A DNA stretch of 64,000 nt from Dicyema japonicum. Lineage: Eukaryota; Animalia; Dicyemida. The notes under the pieces are model-generated. The model ran no database searches and was not told where the DNA came from. It saw only the letters and a program-made list of their open reading frames with translations. Made by a program: the position numbers and the translations under genes. The first letter of the stretch is position 1; every line of letters starts with the position of its first letter. The DNA lies in the NCBI GenBank assembly GCA_011109175.1, contig RDEW01000030.1:614094-678093 (forward strand), in the 5' to 3' direction. Of the stretch, positions 49,584 to 61,249 are shown piece by piece.

Positions 49584-50724
49584 TCAAAAAAAGGAAGTCA
49601 CTTCAAGGAAGAATAACAATTTTCCCACATGAGCCTCCGAATGTTGGATCACCTCAGAATGGGCTTCATTGGACTGAGACAGAGTAAATGAATTTCCGAC
49701 GAGAGGATTCACCATTCCTTTATCAACCAAATCATTGATCTCCTTCGTACTAACCGCAATTTCATCCTAAAATGACAAAATGAATAAACTGGCTGAGCTA
49801 CAAGCAAATACATTCCCTTCACGCTCACTTCTTTAAGCAAAATATTCCGGGGGTCAATATGAGTTGATCCACGACACCCGACAATCTGAAACCTTAAAAA
49901 ACACGTCAACGATAATTCGTCCACCATTTGAGGCAAGGAGGAGGTCGTTGGACAAATTCACATTTGCCAGACATTCAATAATAACATCAAAACTTTGTTT
50001 TCCATCCTAAAATATCATAAATAATGCTCACAAGTATCGACTGCACATATCCATCTTCTCGATGGTTGAAAACTTCCCTAACCCCGAGTTTTGAAAGAGC
50101 TTCTCTACCAGAATGTGATCCGGCGGTCCCATAGACTTCCATCCCATTAGCAATCGCTAATTCACATGTGGCCATTCCAACCTAAACCACAAATCAATAC
50201 GACTACAACCGCACCACTTGCACCATGAACAAAAACTGACTCTCCTGGCTTTGCATGTGCGCTATATTAATGTACATTAACACTACCAATGGTAAAGAGC
50301 TCTATGAGCAGAATAATATGGAATTCCAAGGGACGCTCCCTGTTCAAATGAAAGTTTGGGACTAAGTGGGAAAATTCCACTCTTTGGAGCCACACAGTAC
50401 TTAGCGTATGTCCCATGTGGAGAGGAGGCAAATAGAATGTACACACGGTCCCCAACCTGGGTTGGAAAAATTTTAATATACGTTGAATTCCGTACAATTG
50501 CTTCCCCTTTTGGCTACAATTCCGGCACCATCAATTCCAGGAGTGTACGGAAAAGGTGGCAACTTTGTATAATTTCCAGAACGAATGTATGTATCCACTG
50601 GATTTACTCCCGCAGCCTTGACTTCGATTAGAAGCTGGTCATCATTTATTTCAGGAATTGGCTTTGAAATAATGTCAATATTTCCCCCTGGCTTTGAAAC
50701 AACAGCAGCAAGCATATCCGACAT
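49584..50724 (-). CDS. CRYZ: Quinone oxidoreductase, zeta-crystallin (MDR family), micro-introns
   Basis: [58 protein letters not shown]. The traced 5' introns are 25, 25 and 28 nt. Confidence 0.93.
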
Positions 50725-50960
50725 TGTACTTAGTCTTGATTTTATTGTTTTTAAAAATAAAAATCGAAACATAAAATGTCTAATTTAAATAAAAATAAAC
50801 CAAATATAAATTTGACCAATAAAAATATGATCAAAAATAACTAAATTGTACACTATTGGTTGCCCGATCTATGGAGCTACCAACATTTCTGCGTTCCTTT
50901 TTAATAGCTGATGGCCTCCTACAAGCTAGTGAGGCCGGGGTTACTTAACTAACTAACTAA

Positions 50961-51420
50961 GTGGTGTCATGTGGCGCCATGTGGTTACTCGATTTAAAGG
51001 TTTCTCTTCCTTTCCTCCGGTTGGCGTCATTGGATTCACTTTATTCATGAGACGCTCAATGCCTGGCCGACATTCAAAAGGATCCATTTATCCATTCCAT
51101 TAGGAGACAATTTTGCTTCTTGGTGACGAGTTCTGGATTTGACCTTCAGCTCCACATACAACGCTGATTTATTCCAATTTAGCATTAAAATCCTGAAGAT
51201 GAAAAAATGGATAATCATAGTTTTCATAATCAGCCCCATCTTTGAGGATTTCCCAAATATCTTTTTCTATAGGATCACTTCTTATATAAACTACCCGCGA
51301 GAACTCCTTAGTCCTCTGGAGCACTGTGCTCATGTAAGGTTCTTGCTGGAACGCGTCAGGATCAAGGAATTAGTTAGTTTGGTTTTACCCTGGTCTTTTA
51401 AATAATTTAATTGATTAAGT
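50961..51420 (+). mobile_element. SINE-like family B, copy B4 (tail A)
   Basis: Head gtggcgccatgtggt, core tggcgtcattggattc...aaggatcc, 3' end ttagttagtttggttttaccctggtctt. Confidence 0.7.
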
Positions 51421-51849
51421 ACTTCTATTGATCAAAGGTAGAAGCTCATAATTAGCCAACCCAGATAACAGTGGTTAGTGCTTCGCTCGAGTGGCAATTA
51501 GTTTAGGGCTCGATTCCCATACCGCTACCTACCTGGTAGCTCGATTCCCATACCACTACCTATCTGGTCGAAAGATTCCGTTCTTCTCTGTGACTTCATC
51601 AAATCCTGAGTCGTCACTTAATTCGCTTCTCTCAAAAGATGCCCAATGAGACCTCTCTCAGACACTGTTTCATGTATTCCCAAATGTCGACTTTGCCTAA
51701 CAGAGTAAACTGACAAAATACTCACCCCCCTTGGAGATCGTTTCTATTTTACTTTAGCTCCTTCGAAACTTTCTAAGCGATTATGAGGATGTGTAAATGG
51801 CTCTTGAATGAAATGTTTTCAACTAACTCAACTCTACCTCTGGGTACGG

Positions 51850-53185
51850 AACTACTAATCCCCATACAAAAAAATGAACAAAACCAGAGGACCGCTCGAA
51901 AATTTGTGACCCATCATACTACTAAATTCATTACGCAAAGTCTTGGCAAACATTGTGCTTGAACGAATAAAAGGATCTGCTTACAAATACCTACTAGATA
52001 GTCAAAGTGGTTTTCGAGATGGGAGATCCACAGCTGATGCGGTCTGGAGTCACAGATGGAGATGTGCAACATATCAAAGATACCGTAACGCCACCTATAT
52101 TCTGGGAATTGACCTATCAAGAGTTTTTGATACGGTTAACATGAACAAATTAATGGGGGTACTGAGCGGATTTCTTGATGAGTAGAGTCTAAGGATGACC
52201 CGAATTTTACTTTCCAACACTGAGCTCCTTGTGAGAGTCGGAAAGACCTATTCAAGAAAATTTGAAACAAACACGGGCACTCCACAAGGAGACTCTCTTT
52301 CTCTTCTACTATTCACAATTTATTTGGAAGCCGCTATGAGGGAACTTAGACCGTTATACCAAGGAAAGACGGAAGAAGTGATCTACGCGGACGATGTAGA
52401 CCTAATTTCTGAAGACAAAGAGGTCCTGGAAAACCTATTAGAAAAAGCACCAGATGTACTAGGGAAATGGTTTCTTACTATGAATAGAGAAAACAGAACT
52501 CACAGAGATAAGAAGGATGAGTAACGTCCTAGAAGAGAAGTGGCGACAAGTAAAGAAACTCGGTTCATTTATGGGAGATAGCGAAGAAATTTTACTCTAG
52601 CCAATGCTGCGTTATATAAACTGAAGAATCTATGAAGCTCAATCAAAGAGGCATCGACACAAAAATGAGAATCCTATTATACGAATCATTCATAAAAACC
52701 CGTACTTTTATATAACGCTGGAACTTGGGCGACCTCATCACCGGATATGGAAAACTAGACTCGTTCCACAGAGGTCAGCTGAGAAAAATAACAGGAACTA
52801 CTTGGCCTACGAGAATATCGAGGAATGCTTTATATAGAGATGCAGCACTAGACCTATCAGCTTAGAAGTACTGGAATCCCGATGGAAGCTCTTCGGACAC
52901 GTGCTGAAGATGGAATTAACATCCCCACCGAACATATCTATGGAAACATACTATGTTAGTCAAGAAGGTCGCTATCGTGGAAGACCTAGAACAACACTGC
53001 CAATAGTCTTACAAAAAAACCTGGTCAATATCAAAAGAAATCTAAAAAATGCCGACGACCTGGATAACATGAGAGCCTTGGCTAGGAACAGGGGAGCATG
53101 GAAAAGGATGACATCTAACCTTGTTTCTTTTGCTGCACATGCTATAATTAGTGTGGCTCTCGTGAAGTGCTTAAATAATAATAAT
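51850..53185 (+). mobile_element. RTE-like LINE, RT to 3' end, moderately degenerate
   Basis: SGFRDGRSTAD, GIDLSRVFD, GTPQGDSLS, YADDVDL, RGRPRTTLP; 3' end gctataattagtgtggctctcgtgaagtgctt(aat)n. Confidence 0.9.
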
Positions 53186-53619
53186 TATCAATCAGCTGTA
53201 GAATTCCGTACGGTATACTTCTCCACTTATAGGAATCGGAATACAAATGGCAATAAACATATTCTAGCTTAAATATTTTAGTGCAATAGACTTACACTGG
53301 AAGCCCAACCTTTGACGAGAAACCGATATAGACTAGTATTCTGTAAACTTGGAGTTCCAATCAAGTAGTGTTTTAGTGATGAATTTTATAGTAAAACTTT
53401 GAAGGAGCCTTAGTGTTTAGTTATGGTCTCATTTCATGCGAACTTGAACTAACAATGTTGATTTTTGGTAACAAAGTTATAGTATTTAAAGATTCAACAC
53501 CTTTTGAATCCAGAAATTGATGAAAGGAGGAAAAACGTAGGGTGTTATCAGTCGGATAGTCACACAATATGAAAGATTAATTGTTATGAAATCAAACTTA
53601 GTTTTACATATATAACTGA

Positions 53620-53915
53620 ACCGTGTGGCTTAGTGGTTAGGTGTCGGGCTTAAGTGGCTTAGGCTACGGGTTCGAATCTCGTTGCTGTTCACCTGGTGGA
53701 AGGTTCCACGCATCTACGATGCAGAAATGGTTTGACGAGTGACGCCGTCATCAGTGAATACTCACTGCGGAACTGGATTTGTCTAGAAAGTACACTCACA
53801 CAAGAAAAAAAAGAAGTGAAGACCTAGTTCTACGATTAGTTAAAATTAACTGTTCTTTACTTAAATAAAGTGTGTGTCCTGCCTATGCGGGCTCTCGTGA
53901 AAAGGCTTTATTATT
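53620..53915 (+). mobile_element. SINE family A, 12-bp TSD
   Basis: TSD atatataactga at 53608-53619 and 53916-53927; short deletion in the tail. Confidence 0.9.
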
Positions 53916-54309
53916 ATATATAACTGAGAAATTAGCTTCGCTCACAACATTCTAGTATCTATAAAGTTTTTTCGATAGTGGAGATTTGAAGGAAATCCTC
54001 AATAGAGTCGCGGGCGTATTAAATTATTAATTTGAAGGTTGGTATCACAACCTTACTACCAATTTGTATAACTTTCTCGTCCCAGTCACACTTGCCGAGC
54101 GGACCCGAAAAACCCTGAGAGGTTCCTCAAGAAAGATAACAGCTTAGTCTGGACGGATTATCGACTAGTCCCAATTATATAGTACTTTGAAATATATGGA
54201 GCAAATCGGAGAGAGAACAGCGTAATCCCCTCCCCGAATTTATGTTTTTTCAATAATAAAGAAACCTTAAAAAGAACAAAAAAAATCTTAATAAAACACA
54301 GTTTTATAA

Positions 54310-56379
54310 TCATTTAATTACTCGAAGGGAATTGTTATGATCTGAAAGAGTGACCTTGGAGGAACACCGGCGACTACAAACCTAAAATTAGAGAAATCCC
54401 AACCAATGAGGCAAATTTAAGCGAGGAAATCATATCAGACATGTTACCAGCAGAAACATGTACAAACAATACAACTTTGCAGTTCAACGACAACACAGAT
54501 TTCATGTGCTTCACCAATTTGCAGTTTCCAAAAGCCGAGGTCTTTTTGTTCTGCACGAAGTTCAATGAAATTTTCAAATTCGGTAATTGAATTATCGATA
54601 TTTATCGTTACATTCGAACAGAGCTCAACAAATGTTAGCCTGCCGATGACCTTTTCACCAGAATCCTTAATCCCCTCCATATCTATTCTCAAACATATAT
54701 GTTTCGAATGAACATCACGTATTTTTCTCAACATCTCAGAAAACTCAAGCTAAAAGACTCCCAAACCTGCTCCTGGGAACGAATTCTAACAGCAGCAAAA
54801 CCGTCCACGTGCACAGACGTATGAAGAGGGCTTTTCCCGTAGTCCCCCAAAAGGTCAGTAATTTGAGCATCAATTCCCATAGCTGACATCGTAATGTCGT
54901 ACTAAATTGGTAAAAATGGGTACCTCCATCCTAGTTTCTTTAAGAGATTCAACCGACTGTAAATAAGGTCACCTGCAAGCCGAATCACTCCACATTGTTC
55001 CTTATTACAATCTCCCAAAAAAGTGTATGACTTTCCAGTTCCGGGTCTTCCGTATGCAACGAAACAAACTCTGTGCCCGTCCAATGAGAATCGAACAAGA
55101 TCCTTTACCTTATCAAACACAGCTGATTGTGTCACTCCAACCGAAAACACATGATCAGTCAAAAACTCTGAAATTCCATTAACATTTCGTGTGGTTTTCT
55201 ACATATTATAACTAAGAGACTCTACCACTGCTGGAAGACAAAATTCACAGAAATGTGCCGGTTATCCTTGTGGATAGTAAATATTTTGCATTTTTTCCTT
55301 ATTTTCCGGCATAAAACGACAAAAAACCTGTACATCATTCTAGGAGAGTAATTTTACTAAGTAACCTTCAATTTTTGGACTTTTTCATTGAGATATCCTA
55401 TGTGGCTGTCACCCTTGCCAATTTCAGAGTAGTAGTCATTCAATATGGAACTGTAGGTCGAAATTTGTTCATAAAGTCTATTATTTTTATCCTATGCAGT
55501 AAGGAACAAATAAACTCGTAGATTTTCTGAAGGATTCCTTAAAATTTGTCGACTGTTTTGTATTTTCAGCAATCTGTCGGAGGTTTTCTTGCTTTTTATT
55601 CGCCAAAGTAAGAATCTCGACATCTTTTTCATCACACTGTTTTTTAACCAACTCGATTTTATTTTTTAGTTCACTTGAATGTTAAAGAACTCATCTTACT
55701 TAATTTCCCGGTCAAATTCATTTGTCGATTGGTCTTCATTAGATTTGATATTCTCGGTTTCCTCTATATGCTTGTTTACCTCATCTTCCATGTCCTTTAT
55801 CCGTCCTTTGATGTCATAAGGGTTTCGGGAAAGCGACCTTGAAGACTCTACAATTAAATTAAACACAGAACTTGATGCTGTAGGTACCAAATTCTTTGCT
55901 GATACACCTAGATTGAGTAGATTGATATAACCTCCAATATTCTGCCGTAAACCCACAGTAGATGATGTTTTTGTGGGTCTTGATGACTTCTGTAGAGTTG
56001 GCAATGTCGTTGCTGATTTTGCTCTGCCGACAGTTTTCAGAGTGGTTGACGCTTTCTGACCCACTGAGCTAATCGTCGTAGGTCGTCTTGTAACAGTGGT
56101 ATTAGATTTGGGAAGATTTGATGAGACCGCAGTAGGGCGACTATTATGACTCTGTAGAGTCGATTTTTGAGATGATAAATTAGATTTGGGACGATTATTT
56201 ACCGTAGTTTCTTTAGGTAGTGATGATTTTTCGGTTGTTAAAGTTGGTTTCACGCGGTTATTTGAAGTAGTCATGGGTGATTTGTCCCTTTTTGTTATTG
56301 AGGAAACGATCCTAGGTTTTAAACAGCTCTTAAAAGTATTTTTTTATTATACTACTTTGTTCACATGAGACAAAGGCAT
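54310..56379 (-). CDS. Kinesin-14 (Ncd/KIFC1-like) architecture with degenerate motor; possibly disabled
   Basis: S/T/K-rich tail, coiled coil, then VQVFCRFMP, DHVF, AYGRPGTGKSYT and SSLKFAS. Micro-introns are present. One in-frame TAA and two unresolved frame changes. Confidence 0.75.
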
Positions 56380-56464
56380 TTTGGCGGTAATTTATTTGAT
56401 TTTTTTTTAAATTTATATAATTATTATTTGACCAACATTAACAAGTTAATATTTAATAATCAAC

Positions 56465-57930
56465 AACCTCCTTTGCCTGCCTGTTCGTGAGCCTCCTCGG
56501 GCAGGTTCGATTCTGGTTGCTGAAACAACTCCGAGAGGCCTTGTCCAATTGAACCCTCTACCCATGTGGCATCTCCGGGCTCTGCTTCCTATACTCCAGT
56601 GTCAGGCTCTCTAGAGACCGCTTTAATACAGTGGACTGTAGATAGGCCTGGAGCTTCCTATCTACCCCCAACTGCTTCAGATAACCCTTGTGCTACTTTT
56701 TGCAATTCCTTCCCACGTCATTACTATTTGAATAACGAGGACCTTGCACCAAGCATCTGCCCTATTTCTTTTTTCAAGCAAGTCGTATTTCCTTTTTTTC
56801 CATCTCCACAGTCTGCAAACGGTCTTGAGACGTAATGCCAACCTCTATGATAAGGACTTGGCCAGACTCCTTATCGTGTTCAACAATGTCCGGTTTATTG
56901 TGCTTGACTAGCATCGAGGTACGGATAACTCTGTCTACCTTAATTTGGACCCTGGTGTTCTCTACTACAGATTGCATTTTATGAGTCCGCAACTTTCTGG
57001 TGGCGAATACTATACTTATTCATAGTAGAAGATGAAGACTCCTTACTACCTCGTTGTGCCTCCACACATAGTCGTGGCTAAATGATAACCGACATACTAC
57101 TTGACTTACAATGGGGACATGTATTTGTTGATCGACCCCAAAAAATATTGCAGTCTTTTATATACGTGTATAGCGCCTCCGATCGAGGTGAGTTGTCACC
57201 GTATTTTAGCTATATTGTCACGACTTAAGTCGACGTGTGGTATCCATTGCTCTGAAGAGTACTTATGAAGGCCTTTTAAGTTGATCTTTTCCATCAAATT
57301 ATTATATTGAATTCGATCAACGCCTTCACATTTACTAGCCCACCATCATCAACACCATAAAGAAGGTCTGATAGTGCATAGGTGAGTTGCCCGTGTTTTC
57401 TCGGTCGTTATTATGGCGTACTTCCTAGAGAACACTTGACCCAGCTATCAAAGTGTCGTGCATTCACATAGGATACGCTCACTTAGTTGGACTACTCCAC
57501 ACAGTCCACGGCTGAATTTATCACGGGGTAAATATAGTCTCTCCTTATTGGATGCCAGCACATGGACATGGTTTTCTCTCTGAGTACTCACGGATCATAA
57601 CATCCATCTCATCATACTCTTTGGGCTCAAACTCCACAACACCTATGTAGTGATTTAGCAGCGAGACAGCATACTCATTTAATGCTAGGAACAAATTCCT
57701 TGCATTTAGAGACGTCTTACACAATAACGCTGCTCTTTTACGGATGCCTTCAGTAATTTGTCGCTTTGTCTCAGGCATTATAAGGGACTTTGGAGATTCG
57801 GTAACACCCAGATACTTATATCCTTCGTGTTCCTTTAGAACTCTTAATAACTCGCTACATACTTGCGTGTTAGTCGCAGACTTTGAATAATTCAAATCTA
57901 GTCCTATACTCTCAAAGAATTCCAAAATCC
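56465..57930 (-). mobile_element. R4/Dong-clade non-LTR retrotransposon, 5'-truncated
   Basis: YKYLG, LNARNLFLALNEYAV, NKPDIV..D...IIEVGITSQDRL, VMTWEG, YLQSTVLK: RT end plus PD-(D/E)xK endonuclease. Confidence 0.88.
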
Positions 57931-58261
57931 GAGGGTGCCCCACCCCTGGGGTCTGCTCCAATTCGGGGTCGGACTGTAGCACAGAACGTGAACCGGTCAA
58001 GAAACACTTCTTAGCCGTTTTTGCAGCAGATAATTCCTTTACTGGGTTTCCAATACTTCCAAAGATTTCCATCTTAGATCAAGAAAAACCTTTTTTGAAT
58101 CGAATTTAACATACAACAAGTGACTTCTTTACGTTCCGGCCCATTTTAGTAGAAACAAACAAAAAAATCTTGATTACAAAAAACACATTACACAACATTA
58201 TAGAGTTGCCGAAATTTTTTTTCAAACTCTTTCAGGAACAGGATGGTTTGCTAAGAGAGCT

Positions 58262-58425
58262 CCTTCCTTGTCTTCTAATGACAAAGCATGTTTCCTTTTC
58301 TAATGACTCATCCTAAAAGACCTCTTTCCTTGTCTTCTAATGACTCATCATGTTTCCTCTTCTAATGACTTATTATAAAAGACCTCTTTTCTTGTCTTCT
58401 AATGACTTATCATGTTTCCTTCTAC
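58262..58425. repeat. Minisatellite, about 60-bp unit in roughly 2.5-3 copies
   Basis: cttgtcttctaatgac and catgtttcct recur three times. Confidence 0.85.
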
Positions 58426-59051
58426 TTTAAAACAAGCAATCAGATGTAAGCACTCCAAAAGGTCCACATCTCAGCAAATTATCCTAAAAATGTCGTTTGT
58501 ATATCAAAGCTGTGAGAATCCTGGAAAAAATCAAAAATCCCTTGCGGCTGATATGGGACACTGATCACAGTTGAGCTTAACACATTTTTTTGTATCATTA
58601 GGTTAATAAACGATCATCCAACATAGCTAAAAACAATCATACAATCCCCTTCAAGCTGAGGATCTTTAATGGATGACGCGATTCTAACCAGCAACATTGA
58701 ATTTTCGAGCATCAAAAATGGACAAATATTTTCTTGGACTGATTCTTGACAGTTGGTGCCTGACTAATAAAGATTGGATTTAAAAAAAACAAATATTTTA
58801 TCATAAATACCTCAATCGAGTAAATTAAGACGTAAAAACGTCTTCTTACATTACAATACTAAAAAAGTAACAAGTTCACCAGATTCAATTCCTTTTTAAC
58901 CATTTTTTGAATTGAACGAATTTCCCAGAAATCCCGAAGGAATAGCCACACAGTTATGGTTGGGGGCCTCTCACACTAATTTTGTCTTAAAAACTCATTA
59001 AATTAGTAAAAAGAGGAATAAAAATCTACATTGAAAAAATAAAACACCAAA

Positions 59052-59929
59052 TCACCACCCTAAGAAAAACTGAAAAATATCAGCAACAGAATCAGAAAAT
59101 CTCTTAGGCGGAACAGGCATCACAGAAGCCTAAAAATAACCAATCAAGTATACAGCATTCAACTGATCAAACGGCAGTGCACCCCCAGTATGTTGAACTG
59201 GCGACTCTGTGAAATCCCGAACTTCACAATTCAATATTTCCTTAATAAATAGGTCAACTACCGACTGCTTGCACTCCTTTACTCCAACCATCACCTTCAA
59301 ATGCGGCAGTTTTATGATCTGTCCGTGCATGGCCAAAGCCTTCTCAGTATTACTGGGATCGTGATACTTTATGTGAAACCAAGTCGACCCTGAGACCGTC
59401 TGAAAATGAATGAAAACAAAACTATGTGTTTGGCAATGAGTCCTATGCGGCTGAAGTACTCAAACACGTCAGAAGCTGACGAAGGAATTATTCTAACGAT
59501 AAATAATCAAATAAACCCAAAAACAGTCAACCATTCGGGCGTAGAACCACATCCGATACGACTAAAATTTATCCATTTTTCACTTTAGATTTAAAGGACG
59601 GGCGATTTGGGAGATATTTGACCTATTAAGGTAGAGTGAGGAGTTATTTTGAGGATTCTATAATATTAAGTGGATATTAACATGTTTTGGTGGTTCGTTA
59701 GGATTTAGGACTGAGGAATTCAGAACACTCCTTAAATATCACAAAGAGAAAATACTTGTTTTCCCTATTTGAATCAAAGAATGAAACTCCGTGAAATCTG
59801 TTCTCTTTGGTTCTCTAAATATTAAATAAAGTATTTTAGTCGAGTTAAATTTAATAAATTTACTTCTTTCTGTCGGAAAAGATACGATTTACAAGAATTT
59901 GGGTGGCCAATTGAGGAATTGTTTGACAT
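59052..59929 (-). CDS. NUP35: Nucleoporin NUP35/Nup53 (RRM-like domain), 7 introns
   Basis: Spliced: WLTVFGIIPSSASDVFEYFSRIG..KH...WFHIKY...ALAMHGQI...MVGVKEC...IFQFFLGW*. This matches the NUP35 RRM and terminal amphipathic helix. Introns are 49, 25, 24, 22, 24, 23 and 24 nt. Confidence 0.9.
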
Positions 59930-60649
59930 AACAAAGAAAAAATGAAAGCAGGGTCTTATTTTATTATATTTTGATTTAATTTAAAAAATAATATAATTAA
60001 TTATTATTTTTTCATATTTATTCGTAATAAAGGAATGTTTTTTATTATTAATCTTAACTTTATTCACCCTGACCGGATGACCCAGTGTAATATTTAAGTG
60101 TGTTCATCAGTATAAGTGGTCTGAGGTTATCTACTTTCGTTCTTGGTTTGTGAGCCTTTCTGACGAGTATCAGGGTCTCCTCTCCCAGCTATAGGGTGAT
60201 GTAGGTTCTGTAGAAGATACTAGTAATGCTTTCATACTGTTTTTAAGTTTTATATTTGAAGAATTCGCCGTTGAGATCGTCAGGGATCTTGTCATTTATA
60301 AATTTTGAGTTTGATACCTTTTTTTCATGTGGGGTTATTTCCTCTTCAAGTTCACATCTTATGGAGCTGTCCCAATGTTACCATGGTAATTTGATTTGAA
60401 CATCTTTTCGAAGTGGCCAGCGATAATCTCACCCCCACTTACAATTGATTCACGATCTGTCTCTCTACGTAGTCCCATAAAGTTCCTGGTTGCTTCAGTA
60501 CTTTGCCTCTAATTCATCTAACAGCCTCATAGAACTTACCATTGTCCTTGTGGGTTTCAATCATTTTAATCTGATGACTTATGCATTTTCATCGTGGACA
60601 ATGTCGATTTCCCACTCCCATCTCTGAAACTATCCCTAGTACAGGAGGT

Positions 60650-61120
60650 TGCAATAAAGATCATTGGATCAAAACACGGGATCCAGTCTATTAAAATCTT
60701 CTAATTGAATTACAACGAAAACTGGGTCAGTCTATCGAATTGCGAAATATTTACAAACTTTAAAGAAGCTTTGTCCGATGAATTACAGGACTCTCGACCC
60801 TGCCGGACTCTTCCTCTTCCCTGTCGAAAATACCAGGGACCAATACATCGATTATTATCAGTGTCACTTTAAGATAAGGAATCCGAGAGTTATTGCGTTA
60901 TCTTTGTGTGAATTTGTCGCTTTTGATGTGATATGTCGACGGTTGGTCGTATTGGCTGTCTGTACTCAAAATCTCAGAGAGGATGTACCAGAAAAATCTC
61001 TGATTCTGTGAAAACCCGATAACCATTCTAGGAGGAGATCTTAACTCCAATACCAAGTACTTCGGTTGTAGAAAAACAGCAGGGATGGCAAGCTCTTGAA
61101 GAAGCTATCTGAATGCCTTG
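60650..61120 (+). mobile_element. Degenerate AP-endonuclease fragment
   Basis: ILGGDLNS motif near 61030. Confidence 0.45.
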
Positions 61121-61249
61121 GGCTAAGAATCCTTATGTCGGAAGAAGACAATCACTTCTCTCCTTTCGAAGGTGAAAATCTCTGAGATCCTCCACTTTCA
61201 TATCAAAGTCTGGTAAACTGTACTTAGATCGTTTTAACCATAGATCTTC

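Noticed and set aside
3620-56379. Stop-codon reassignment (in-frame TAG in NOP16, TAA in the kinesin)
   Set aside because: Full GMPS and NUP35 have no internal stops, and GMPS ends on TAG at its conserved terminus TTEWE. The standard code fits.
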